DNA of 64,000 nucleotides, taken from positions 13,947 through 77,946 of the forward strand of contig URPQ01000001.1 of NCBI GenBank assembly GCA_900549755.1, read 5' to 3'. This document shows, piece after piece, positions 20,513-30,353 of the stretch. How positions within the stretch are numbered: the stretch's first letter is position 1; every line of letters starts with the position of its first letter. A program made the position numbers and the translations under genes. The DNA is from an uncultured Oscillospiraceae bacterium (GTDB taxonomy: Bacteria; Bacillota; Clostridia; Oscillospirales; Acutalibacteraceae). The notes beneath the pieces were generated by a model. It made no database searches. It was not told the origin of the DNA and saw only the letters and a program-made list of their open reading frames with translations.

Positions 20513-22631
20513 TTTCGGCAAAAACACCTTGCATTGCCTTATATGATTTTTTAAGCCGTGTTTTAACGGTTATATTCCCGAGGGGACGAAACGCGGCGGA
20601 AAACATTTTTATTTCACCGCCGCTGCCCGAGCCGACGTAAATATCCGAAAACGGAATAAAGCCTATTTCCTCTTTATTAAGCTCGCCTATACATATGCCG
20701 AGCCTTGCGTTTGCAACGTTTAAAAGATACCAGGCAATGCGCACCTCCAGCTTTCCGTTTTTAAAATAAAAATCCGCCTGCGAGTCGTAATTGCCGCTCT
20801 CGGGGTTTGCGTTGCCGTATTTTAAAAGTCCGCTTTCGTAATACTGCGGCGGAATTGTCTTTTTATCGTCGGGTAAATACATCTCGTTTGAAACAAGGGT
20901 GTTTATTTTAACATATTCCCCGCTGTTTTTAACCGCCGCTTTACCCTCAACAACCTTTTTCAAAACCGAATATCTGTAATTGAACAGGTCGTAATACGCG
21001 TCGCACAAAAGGCGCGTATTTTCTTTTCCGTTTATTTTAAGCAGAAAATCGCAGCTTTTATCAAACGTAAGCCCGTTACTGCGGCTCATAGCGCTGCCCG
21101 TGCCCAAAACCGAAATCGGAACGTAATAAACTTTCTTTTCAAAATCAAAGCCCGCGGGCAGGTCTATATAAATGTGCATATACTCGGCGTCATACTGCAC
21201 TTTAAGGCTCGTGCCGTTTACGGTGCTTACATTATCCCATTCGGTAAAATCGCCGTCGGGGTAAGCAACCGAGGTTTCAAAGCTTAACATGCCGTAGCCC
21301 TGCTCGGCAGAGGAAAGGTTACGCGTTCTGTCGGTCGGGTTATCGGGGTAATACATAACCGTGTTCCAGGTGCGCTTGAACCATTCGTCCTGCCAGGAGA
21401 AAAGCAAGCCGCCGCAGTAGCCCTCAAGCGCTATGCTGCGGGTCATATCGGCGCAGTATTTTCCCTGCTCTTCCTCTGTCAGTCCGCCCTGATTATAGCC
21501 CATAACCGATTTATGCGCCACCCCGCGCGAGGTGGAAAGCCCGTATTCCGCAATAAGCACAGGCACGGTATACTGCGTTTTAAGCGCCTTTAAATACGCG
21601 CGGTAGGTGTTTTGCCGTCCGTTCTCATCGCGGTAGTCAAGGTATTCCTTTTGGTAGTTCATAAATTCGGGGTAATATGGGTAAACGTCAACCGCGGCGA
21701 AAAGCCCGGGAGCGTATTTTTCGGTTTTCAGTATATTTTCGGTATTGACCAATTGAGAATCCTCTTCCTCAAACGGCTCGTTAGAGTGGGTGAGCGTATC
21801 AAGCGTTTGCCAGTTTAAAAACGCAACGGGGGTCTGGTGCGAATAGCTTTCGGTTTCAAAGCTTATAAGGCTTTCCCCCACCTCGCACAAAAACGCCTCA
21901 AAGGGCGACGCGTTTTTCGCGGTGTAAAGGTATTTTCCCGAAAAGCTGTTTTGCTTAGGGTGCGAGGCATTTGTCTCCGCCACAAAATCGGCGGGGTATT
22001 CAAGCCCCAGTATATATCCCACCACATACTTTGAAATATCCTTATCGTATACCGCGGGGGAAATTTTGCCGTAAACGGTGTAATCGCTGTTGCCGTGAAC
22101 AATATCCACCGTTTCTTTAGCCGAGCGCTTAAAGGCGTTTATAATAATTTCGTCGCTTTCAAGCGCGTCGGTCAGCTCGTACATTAAATCCTCGGAAAAC
22201 CATATGCCCTGAATAAGATAGAGCGGCGACTCTGCATTACGGCTGTTAAAATCGTAAAGCGCCCTGTAAAAATCGGGGTTCATAACCGTAAACACCCGCA
22301 CGGTGTTCGCGTTCATCTGCTTTATTTTTTCAAACCAATCGGTATAGGTGGAGTAAGAAACATTCGGGTTATTAAGGTCGGTAAGGGCGCTTGTAAGCCC
22401 CATATTAACGCCCTTAATATAAAAAAGCTCCGGTTTCTCCCCCATATTGCTGTAAAAATAGCCGTTTTCATTTGTAAAAAAGGCAAAATCATTATCGCCC
22501 TGCGGTGGTTTTACGCTATCGGTCGGAAACGAAAATTCACTTTGGCTTTTTTTGTTTATTACCGGGCTTTTACAGCCCGATAATGAGAATATAAGCGTGA
22601 AAATAAGCAGCAGCGAGGTTATTTTTTTCAT
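20505..22631 (-). CDS. lipoprotein, clan GH-A (GH5-like TIM-barrel) glycoside-hydrolase-like protein, paralog A
   Basis: Lipobox LSGC. Putative acid/base SNEPF and nucleophile IAEYGLSTSRG motifs. C-terminal domain FYFKNGKLEVRIAWYLLNV shared with the two paralogs. Confidence 0.6.
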   Translation of the reverse strand: MKKITSLLLIFTLIFSLSGCKSPVINKKSQSEFSFPTDSVKPPQGDNDFAFFTNENGYFYSNMGEKPELFYIKGVNMGLTSALTDLNNPNVSYSTYTDWFEKIKQMNANTVRVFTVMNPDFYRALYDFNSRNAESPLYLIQGIWFSEDLMYELTDALESDEIIINAFKRSAKETVDIVHGNSDYTVYGKISPAVYDKDISKYVVGYILGLEYPADFVAETNASHPKQNSFSGKYLYTAKNASPFEAFLCEVGESLISFETESYSHQTPVAFLNWQTLDTLTHSNEPFEEEDSQLVNTENILKTEKYAPGLFAAVDVYPYYPEFMNYQKEYLDYRDENGRQNTYRAYLKALKTQYTVPVLIAEYGLSTSRGVAHKSVMGYNQGGLTEEEQGKYCADMTRSIALEGYCGGLLFSWQDEWFKRTWNTVMYYPDNPTDRTRNLSSAEQGYGMLSFETSVAYPDGDFTEWDNVSTVNGTSLKVQYDAEYMHIYIDLPAGFDFEKKVYYVPISVLGTGSAMSRSNGLTFDKSCDFLLKINGKENTRLLCDAYYDLFNYRYSVLKKVVEGKAAVKNSGEYVKINTLVSNEMYLPDDKKTIPPQYYESGLLKYGNANPESGNYDSQADFYFKNGKLEVRIAWYLLNVANARLGICIGELNKEEIGFIPFSDIYVGSGSGGEIKMFSAAFRPLGNITVKTRLKKSYKAMQGVFAEIS

Positions 22632-24838
22632 TTTTTCTCCGTGAATTTCTTAAAATAATTTTGCAGCTCGTAATATGCGGGTTTCAGCCTTTCGTGCCAT
22701 GTGGGGGTATTCCAGCCGTTATATTCATAGCTGCCGCCGAGAGTGATTTTAAGGCTTTCGGTGCCCGTGCGGTAAGCAAAGCCGAAATCAAAGCTTTGGT
22801 ACGCCTGCGGCGATATTACCTGCGTTTTACGAAAATCCGATATTTGCTGCTTGCCCGAGGGGTCCATTACATTGAGCAGCTGCCACGGTATTCTTATTTC
22901 AAGCTTGCCGTTTTTAAAGTAAAAATCCGAAAGCGATTTATATTCCTGCGCTTTGGGATTGCCGTTTCCGTAGCGCAGCTTTCCGGTTTCATAAGCCTTA
23001 TCGGGCACAACCTGATTTGTCCCCTTAACGGTCAAATTATAGCCGTAGCACAGCCGCATTATATCAAACATACCGCTGTTTTTAACTCCCGCGTTTTCCT
23101 CCGCCTTAATATCGCTTAATTTCTTTGACTCAAGGAAGTAGTAATTGAACGCATCATAATAACGGTCTACATAAATATGCGAATTATCCTTACCGTTTAT
23201 ATAAATCAGAAAATCGGCGGCGGTATCAAACTCGGCGTTGTACTGCGCGGCTTTTAGGTTGCCCTGGTCGGCAATGGTGTTTATCGGAATAAGCAGCGTA
23301 TCCTTTTCAAAATCATAGTTCCCCGCGTCCAGCATTATATACAGGTATCTTTCATCACTCTTTATATAAAGCTTGCCCTGCCCGGTGGTAACGGTGGGCT
23401 GTGTGTTTTTCCATTCGGATACGTCCCCGTCAACATATGCCGCCATACTCTCTTTACCTGGGTCAAACGCCAGCAACCCGAAGCACTGCTCGGTCGTTTG
23501 AATGTTCGACCAGTAAGGGCGGCGATCGGCTATATCAAACATAACGTTATTCCAGGTGCGCTTGAACCACTCATCCTGCCAGGTGAACACAATTCCGCCG
23601 GCATATTTCGCGTTTTCAATACTGCCGAGCATATCTATAAGCATAGCGCCCTGCGCGGTTTCGTCCACCATACCCTGGTTATAGCCCATAACGCTCTCGT
23701 GCCCCATACCGCGTGAGGTGGGAATACCGAACTCCGCCACGATTATAGGCACGGTGTGCGCCAGCTTTAAATCCTCTAAATACGCCTCGTAGGTGTTCAC
23801 CTTTCCGCTGTCGTCGGTGTATTCAAGGTAATCCTCTTGGTAATTCAGACTGTCGGGATAATAGGGATAAATATGGTAAGAAGCGAACATTCCCGGTCCG
23901 AAATTGCGGCACTTTACGTTTTCGGTGTTTACGGTAGCCTTATCCTCATCAAAGTGCGGCTCGTTCGGGTGGGTGAGCGGGTCGGTGGTTATCCAGTTGC
24001 TGAAAGCAAGCGGAACCTGAAATTTGTAGGTTTCCGCCTCGTGCTTTATAAGCGCGTCTCCCACGCGGCACAAAAACGCCTCGAAGGGCGAAGCGGTCTG
24101 CGTATACAAATACTCGCCGTCGTAATCCTTTTTATCGGGGTGCTGGTTGTTGGTATTTATAACAAAATTCGGGTCCCATTCAATGCCTATAATCCACCCT
24201 ACAAGCCATGGCGACACATCGGTGTTGTACGTTCCGTATGCCTCACCCGCGGTTTCGGCAATTTTTGCCTTGCCGTGAATTACGTTTACAAGGTTTACCG
24301 CGTCAGTCATGAAATCGTTCAGTATCTTTTCATTTTCGGCGTAGGTATCGGATAAACGCTCTATATCCTCCTCGTTTACCCATATGCCCTGGTAAAGATA
24401 CAGCTTGTTTTTCGCCTTTTTATTGAAGTCCCCAAGCGCCTGGTAAAACTGCGGCGGCATAAGGGTATAAATTCGTATGCAGTTGCAGTTCATTTCGCTT
24501 ATATAGCCGAACCAGCGGTAATAGGTATCGTAGGATATCGTCAGGTCTCCCGGGAAAAGCCCCGGCTCGGTTGCGCCTATATTAACGCCGCGCATGAACA
24601 TCTGTTTCCAGTCGCCGCTTTCGTAAATGTAGAAATAATCGCCTTCCGCTTTAAAGCGGAAGCTTATGCCGGTTTGATTATCGGTGTAGCTTTCGGCGCC
24701 GCCGGCAGACGAGTCCTTTTCTTTCTTTTTTGTGTAAAAGGAAATTCCGTGTATTCCGAATATTTCAAGAAGTCCGGTTTGAGCAAGGCAGACAAGCACC
24801 AAAAGCGTTGCCACGACCGAAATAACGACCTTTTTCAT
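22628..24838 (-). CDS. secreted clan GH-A-like glycoside-hydrolase-like protein, paralog B
   Basis: PNEPH and VAEFGIPTSRG motifs; aligns along its length with 20505..22631; shares the C-terminal FYFKNGKLEIRIPWQLLNV domain. Confidence 0.6.
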   Translation of the reverse strand: MKKVVISVVATLLVLVCLAQTGLLEIFGIHGISFYTKKKEKDSSAGGAESYTDNQTGISFRFKAEGDYFYIYESGDWKQMFMRGVNIGATEPGLFPGDLTISYDTYYRWFGYISEMNCNCIRIYTLMPPQFYQALGDFNKKAKNKLYLYQGIWVNEEDIERLSDTYAENEKILNDFMTDAVNLVNVIHGKAKIAETAGEAYGTYNTDVSPWLVGWIIGIEWDPNFVINTNNQHPDKKDYDGEYLYTQTASPFEAFLCRVGDALIKHEAETYKFQVPLAFSNWITTDPLTHPNEPHFDEDKATVNTENVKCRNFGPGMFASYHIYPYYPDSLNYQEDYLEYTDDSGKVNTYEAYLEDLKLAHTVPIIVAEFGIPTSRGMGHESVMGYNQGMVDETAQGAMLIDMLGSIENAKYAGGIVFTWQDEWFKRTWNNVMFDIADRRPYWSNIQTTEQCFGLLAFDPGKESMAAYVDGDVSEWKNTQPTVTTGQGKLYIKSDERYLYIMLDAGNYDFEKDTLLIPINTIADQGNLKAAQYNAEFDTAADFLIYINGKDNSHIYVDRYYDAFNYYFLESKKLSDIKAEENAGVKNSGMFDIMRLCYGYNLTVKGTNQVVPDKAYETGKLRYGNGNPKAQEYKSLSDFYFKNGKLEIRIPWQLLNVMDPSGKQQISDFRKTQVISPQAYQSFDFGFAYRTGTESLKITLGGSYEYNGWNTPTWHERLKPAYYELQNYFKKFTEKK

Positions 24839-26247
24839 TGCTCAACATCCTTTCTTTTAATTTTGCCCCAGGTTTTTCTGAGCTTTCGGTATTTTAAAAT
24901 GCCCTCCAGGCGGAAAAGGGTTATCATTTGCCGATAACCGAAGTTTTCAAGAACGGCGTAAAGCGATAATGACAGGCACTGTTTTGCGCTCATAACCGAT
25001 CTTCGTGTGTATTGCTCCAAAATAAGGCTGCCCATTGAAAGTATAACGCCGAGCAGCACGGCAAGCAGAAAATAAATTGTGAAGAAGAACATATTAAGCT
25101 CGCCCATTAAAAGCGAAAACGGAATTATGAAATAGCCGAGCGCCTCAACCACCGCTCCGAAAAGCTCAAACACCCAGTTATAGGGTATTGCCGCAAGCCC
25201 CACGCTGCCGTAGCGCGGGTTGAAGAAAAGCCCCTTGTGCGCAAGCAGCGTATCAAGCAAGCCTATCTGCCAGCGCCTGCGCTGACTGCGTATATCGTTT
25301 ACCGACATGGGTCCCTGCGTCCAGCACACCGCGTCCTCGCAGAATATTATTTTATATTTGCGCCTGTTTGCGCGCATATATTTGTGAAGGCGCACTACAA
25401 TTTCCATATCCTCGCCTATTGTGTTGGTCTTGTAACCGCCCACCTCAATTACCGCCTGTTTTTTAAAAACGCCGAACGCGCCCGACACTATAAGCATTGA
25501 GTTTGTGGCGCCCCAGCTTACCCTGCCCGAGAGGAAAGAACGGTAATATTCCACAATCTGAAAGCGCTCTATCATTTTCTGCGGCATTGAAAAGCCGCTT
25601 ACCCGCCCGTCACGTATTTTAAAGCCGTTTGCAATGCGCACAAGTCCGCCCGCCACAACCGTATCGGTATTTTTAAGAAACTCAACCGAAAGTCTTAAAA
25701 GCGCGTCCGGCTCAATGCGGGAATCCGCGTCAAGGCAGGCAAAAAGCGGGTAGGAGGATATATTTATCCCTGCGTTCAGCGCGTCGGATTTACCGCCGTT
25801 TTCCTTATCAACATAAATAAGGTTTGGGTACTCTATGTTATAGTATACCCCGCGGACTTCCTTTGTGGGTATTGAGGTTTTTACGGCGGATTCGATTTTA
25901 TAAAGCCCGAAGGTCTCCACAATTTTTTCGTGAGTTTTATCGGTCGAGCCGTCGTTCACAACCACAATTTCAAACTGCGGGTAATCTATTTTCATAAGCG
26001 ATTTTATGTTTGAAACAATATTTTCCTGCTCGTTATACGCCGGTATAAGCAAAGAAATGGGTAAAAGATTTTCGCTTGAAACATATCTTCCGTAGTCGTT
26101 TGACTGCCTTGCCTTATCGTTTTTGCGCACCCGCACAAACGAAATTATGAGCTGAATTATGTATATCAGGCTCAGAATAATGGTAAATGCCATGCAAAAC
26201 CAGTTAAAAAAGGATATAAAGTAGCGTACATAGGTTATGAAATTCAA
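24835..26247 (-). CDS. processive family-2 glycosyltransferase (PgaC/IcaA/cellulose-synthase-like polysaccharide synthase)
   Basis: GT-A motifs (VVNDGSTD, DAD, GED) plus QRRRW (QxxRW) processivity motif; N- and C-terminal TM helices. Confidence 0.8.
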   Translation of the reverse strand: MNFITYVRYFISFFNWFCMAFTIILSLIYIIQLIISFVRVRKNDKARQSNDYGRYVSSENLLPISLLIPAYNEQENIVSNIKSLMKIDYPQFEIVVVNDGSTDKTHEKIVETFGLYKIESAVKTSIPTKEVRGVYYNIEYPNLIYVDKENGGKSDALNAGINISSYPLFACLDADSRIEPDALLRLSVEFLKNTDTVVAGGLVRIANGFKIRDGRVSGFSMPQKMIERFQIVEYYRSFLSGRVSWGATNSMLIVSGAFGVFKKQAVIEVGGYKTNTIGEDMEIVVRLHKYMRANRRKYKIIFCEDAVCWTQGPMSVNDIRSQRRRWQIGLLDTLLAHKGLFFNPRYGSVGLAAIPYNWVFELFGAVVEALGYFIIPFSLLMGELNMFFFTIYFLLAVLLGVILSMGSLILEQYTRRSVMSAKQCLSLSLYAVLENFGYRQMITLFRLEGILKYRKLRKTWGKIKRKDVEQ

Positions 26248-26249
26248 AC

Positions 26250-27347
26250 TTAATCCTCCTTTAAATTAACCGAACGGTAAAGCGCGTATTTAACCGCGTC
26301 CGACGCATACTTATCGTACCCGCCGAGCACATCCTCAACTTCCGAAATATTTACGTTCATATCAATAAGCGAATACGCCGCCGCCTGGCGTACCCACCAT
26401 TCCTTATCCTTTGTGGCTTCCTTTACGCCCTGTATTGCCGCGGGGGTGCCCAGCTTCTGAAGCCCCTTAACGGCGGCGGAGCGCACTACCCACTCCCTGT
26501 CCTTTGCGGCGGTGAGCAGCGTGTGCTCATCTGCCGGGTCGGCAAGAAAACCGAGCGCCCGCACGCAGGCTATGCGCATATCGGTATTCCGCGAAGCGGT
26601 ACCCTCGGAATAAAGGCGGTGAAAGCGCTTAAAACCGTATGGTGCAATAGCCTTTATTATAACCGCTTTCATATACTCATCGCATTTTTCAATTACCGCG
26701 ACCGCCAGAGCCTCTCTGTCCGCGCTGAAATTTGCAAAAAGCTCGTATATAATGCGGAATGAGAACTTTTTATCATTTTGGATTTTTAAAATATATTCCG
26801 CCACGCCCTCTGTATATCCCAAACGTGCAAGCGCCATTGCGGCGTTGTAGGCAATGCTGCGGTTTTTACCCTTTGAAAGCTCGTAAATATCGTTTAAATA
26901 ATCATAAGCGTCTAAATCGGCAAGTCGGCGGCAGGCATAGCCCACCCTGTATTTATCGCCCGATTTTAAAATATCCGAAAAAAGCTTTACGGGGTCAAGC
27001 GCCGCATACACACCGTCAATAACCATATCCTTTCTGCCGATGGTTTCGCTGTCGCCGTATTCCTCCCAAAAAAGGAGCTGCGCGCTTATCATTTCAAAAA
27101 GCCTTGTATCGTTTCCCATAAGCTCCTTTAAAAGCTCGGTTTCATTTTTGCGGCTGTTTTCGGTAGGGCTGTAAATAATGCCCTCTACCATACTCTGAAT
27201 TTTCTGCGATGCCGCCGTGTATTTATTTTTGCTGTCCTCCTGCCGTTTAGCCAGAATTGCCAGCCACAAATACTCACCGCCTAAAACCAGCAGGCAGAAA
27301 ATAATGCTTAACACCGCAAACAGTTCATAATGCAAAGCCCTTAGCAC
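26250..27347 (-). CDS. HEAT (PBS-lyase-type) repeat membrane-anchored protein
   Basis: N-terminal TM helix; repeated DxxWxVRxxAxxxL units near the C-terminus. Confidence 0.6.
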   Translation of the reverse strand: MLRALHYELFAVLSIIFCLLVLGGEYLWLAILAKRQEDSKNKYTAASQKIQSMVEGIIYSPTENSRKNETELLKELMGNDTRLFEMISAQLLFWEEYGDSETIGRKDMVIDGVYAALDPVKLFSDILKSGDKYRVGYACRRLADLDAYDYLNDIYELSKGKNRSIAYNAAMALARLGYTEGVAEYILKIQNDKKFSFRIIYELFANFSADREALAVAVIEKCDEYMKAVIIKAIAPYGFKRFHRLYSEGTASRNTDMRIACVRALGFLADPADEHTLLTAAKDREWVVRSAAVKGLQKLGTPAAIQGVKEATKDKEWWVRQAAAYSLIDMNVNISEVEDVLGGYDKYASDAVKYALYRSVNLKED

Positions 27348-27353
27348 CTCCCT

Positions 27354-30353
27354 TTATTTTGATGCAAAATATTTCTTTATCTGCGCAAAGCTTTCCTTTT
27401 CGCGCATGGTGTAGTTCACCTTTTCCCAGGTTGCCCATTTAAAGGTTTTGTAAGCCGGGTCTTCCTTTTTCTCGGGGAACAGGTAAAGCTGGTCGCCCGT
27501 TTGCTTATCGGCTATAAGCACCGAAACAATAGCGCCGTTTGTGCTTACCGTCTTTGCCTGACCCGATAAAGCGCCCTCGTTATTTATAACAATTCGCTGT
27601 GACGGGTCTGTAACGTTAAGCCATGACCAGGGTATTCTTATATAAATTGTAGAGCCGGTCTGGTAAAACTGGTTATCGCCCGAGGTAAAGCCGCCGTATT
27701 TAAGGCGGGAAACAAGGTTATAATCCCCAGAGTAGCTTTCCTTTGTAGCATACGCGCCGCGGCTGCGGTCATATGATTTTATAACGTACAGCCCCGCTTC
27801 CTGCTTGCCGTCAAACCGTAAAACAAACTCCATACCCGAAAGGGAGGTTGGGGTGCAGTCCTTTGAATAGTAGTATTCGCCGTCATTCCGCTGGTAGGTA
27901 TCTATGCCTATAAAGAACTGCTCGGTTGAAAAATCAATCTCGGTCAGCAGCTGTGCGGATATATAGAAATATCCCGCTCCCGAGGATAGCGAAAGCATCT
28001 GAACGCGGTCGTCGTCCGATAGGTTTATTCCCGTCTCCTTGGGTGCTTCGGAGTCAAGCGCCACAAGCCCCGTGGTTTGCGCGGGGTCGGCTACATTCTG
28101 CCACAGGCTGTTGTTTTCAAGCGGCACCGTGAACGGGTAAAGCTCATCGGATACAGCTGACCAATCATCGTTAAGGTCTGCCGCCACCGCTGCCGCAGCG
28201 CCCGCCTTGTCCGCCGCCGAAAGCAGAGCCACAGTTTGCTGACCCTGTGTTTTTTCGGTAACGGCGGCTCTGTCGCCCTGACCGTTTGCAGAGTTTGCGC
28301 CCAGCCCCGAAATCAGCAGTCGGTTACCCGTCGCGCTGTTAAGGCTTTCAAATTCCTCTTCCTTAACATCTCCGTAAGAAACGGCAAAGAATGCGTAATT
28401 TTCGCGGCAGGCTTTGTCGCTTATTATATCGCCAAGCGAATACGCACCATCGCCCGCCGTTTCGCTGCCCTTTATAAGCGATTTATCGCAATAAACGCCT
28501 ATCGGCACGGTGCTGCCGTACTGCCCTGCTGCGCGCTCCTGCACCGTATCGTACATAAGCGCGGCAATTCCCGCGTTTCCGCCGGAGGCGGCATATTTGC
28601 CCGAATATGAAATATTTGCGGGCGCGTTTTCGGCGTTTAACGTAACCGCAAGCAGATAAGCTGATACATCAATAAAGTATGATGAGGTTTCTTCGCTGCC
28701 GCTCGGTTTAAATGTGCCCTTGCCGTGAAGAACGTCAACCGCCGACTGTAAGCGGGTTTTAATATTATCCTCGTTTTCATCCCCGTTTACGGCAATATTC
28801 TGTATTATATAAACCGTATCCGCTCCCGATTTTGTATTGTTGGAATAAACCGCGCGGTAAAACTCAGGCGGCAGAATATCCTTTGCGTAAATACAGTTCG
28901 CGCCCAGCTTCAGCGCCTTGTCAATTAAATTCTGATAAAAGGTATAATTCCGCGAAAAGCCCTTTTGCCCCGGCTCCGAGCCGTTAATGCTTACGGCGTT
29001 AATTCGCATATCCTCCCAATTATCCCCCGAAAGCAGCTGAAAACCGCTGTCGGTAATGCGGAAACGCTCCGCCTTGTTATTACCCGTTTCCGCTTTTGCC
29101 TTGGGCTCAATTTCTTTAAGAATTTTTTTCATTAAGGGGTTGTAAAAATTCCAGTAAAAATTGCTTATATCGCCCTGGCGGTCGTAGGATATCCACCGGT
29201 AAACGCTTTCGGCAAACAAAAAGCGATTGTAATTTTCGTGGCTTACATAATCGTTAAAATCGCCCGCGAAATAATAAACCGGCGCCTTTCCCTCTACCCT
29301 TTTGCACATTGCCGCCGAAAAAACGGGACTTTTTAAAACGCCCTTGAGCTTTTCCATACCCGTAGCGTTTACGTCAAATTCAAAGCTTGCAATAACATCC
29401 GTACCGCTGTTCGGCTCAACAATTTCAAACCAGTTGTAAAAGTTCACCTTATTGCAGCTGCCGAACTGCTTTTTAAAATCCTTGTTTATGCGCACGGTAA
29501 GCAGGTTTTTAGATTCAAAGTCGGTTTTCTGCTCAAGAATTATAATTCTGTCTGAGGAAACGAGCAGTATTCCGGGTCCCGAAAATTGCCACTCAACGCC
29601 CTCCTGCTTTTCATACATCGGCGGCGCCCAGTCGGGCACGTCGGTGAAATCCTGCAAATCGTAAATATATCGTCCCACCCAGCCCGTCGGTCTTATGCCG
29701 CAAAGCGAGGATAACTGCGAATAAACCGAGGAATCAAGCCCCGAATTAAAAAGTTCCATTTCCGCAACAACGGTTGCGCCGTTTTCGTAGGCATATGAAA
29801 TAACCGACATATCGTCTACGGTTATTCCGGCGCCCCTAGCCGTGGAATTATCGTAATAGCCGTAGGTATCGTCCACCGCGCCGTAAACGTCCGCAATATA
29901 CATAAGGTCGGGCGTGTAATCGAGGGTGGATAAATCACGTCGAGACTTTATTTTGCCTGTTTCATCAAGCAGCGGTCCGAAATAATCGGTTTTGTAATTA
30001 TAAAATTTTTTATTCTGAAAAACATACTTCTGCTGCTCCAAAAGCCAGAAAAAGCCCTGATGCTTGCGGTAGGCAGAGCGTATGTCAATATCGTTGCCGT
30101 CCTCTACGGTTAAAACCGTTTTATCAAGCAGGCAAACGTTAAGCAGGGTTTTAGGCTTTATCCGCCACCCTATAAACACAAAAGCAAACAGTGCCAGAAA
30201 CACAAGGGGTATAATAAAATACCACTTTGCTTTTTTCGGCTTTTTAACCTTTTCAACCTCAGCCTCAGTCTGCTTTTCGCGGTCTTTTTCCGGGTCAAAG
30301 CGTATTTCTCCGTCCTCGGCGGTAAATTCGTTTTCGTTCGGGTTTTCGTTCAT
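27354..30353 (-). CDS. large type-II membrane-anchored extracellular protein, divergent paralog C of the GH-A-like family (catalytic motifs not evident)
   Basis: Charged cytoplasmic N-terminus plus one TM. Central barrel region aligns with the paralogs (CIYAKDILPPEFYRAVY...VYIIQNIAV) but lacks NEP and EYG motifs. Shares the C-terminal IYIRIPWSWLNV domain. Confidence 0.55.
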   Translation of the reverse strand: MNENPNENEFTAEDGEIRFDPEKDREKQTEAEVEKVKKPKKAKWYFIIPLVFLALFAFVFIGWRIKPKTLLNVCLLDKTVLTVEDGNDIDIRSAYRKHQGFFWLLEQQKYVFQNKKFYNYKTDYFGPLLDETGKIKSRRDLSTLDYTPDLMYIADVYGAVDDTYGYYDNSTARGAGITVDDMSVISYAYENGATVVAEMELFNSGLDSSVYSQLSSLCGIRPTGWVGRYIYDLQDFTDVPDWAPPMYEKQEGVEWQFSGPGILLVSSDRIIILEQKTDFESKNLLTVRINKDFKKQFGSCNKVNFYNWFEIVEPNSGTDVIASFEFDVNATGMEKLKGVLKSPVFSAAMCKRVEGKAPVYYFAGDFNDYVSHENYNRFLFAESVYRWISYDRQGDISNFYWNFYNPLMKKILKEIEPKAKAETGNNKAERFRITDSGFQLLSGDNWEDMRINAVSINGSEPGQKGFSRNYTFYQNLIDKALKLGANCIYAKDILPPEFYRAVYSNNTKSGADTVYIIQNIAVNGDENEDNIKTRLQSAVDVLHGKGTFKPSGSEETSSYFIDVSAYLLAVTLNAENAPANISYSGKYAASGGNAGIAALMYDTVQERAAGQYGSTVPIGVYCDKSLIKGSETAGDGAYSLGDIISDKACRENYAFFAVSYGDVKEEEFESLNSATGNRLLISGLGANSANGQGDRAAVTEKTQGQQTVALLSAADKAGAAAAVAADLNDDWSAVSDELYPFTVPLENNSLWQNVADPAQTTGLVALDSEAPKETGINLSDDDRVQMLSLSSGAGYFYISAQLLTEIDFSTEQFFIGIDTYQRNDGEYYYSKDCTPTSLSGMEFVLRFDGKQEAGLYVIKSYDRSRGAYATKESYSGDYNLVSRLKYGGFTSGDNQFYQTGSTIYIRIPWSWLNVTDPSQRIVINNEGALSGQAKTVSTNGAIVSVLIADKQTGDQLYLFPEKKEDPAYKTFKWATWEKVNYTMREKESFAQIKKYFASK

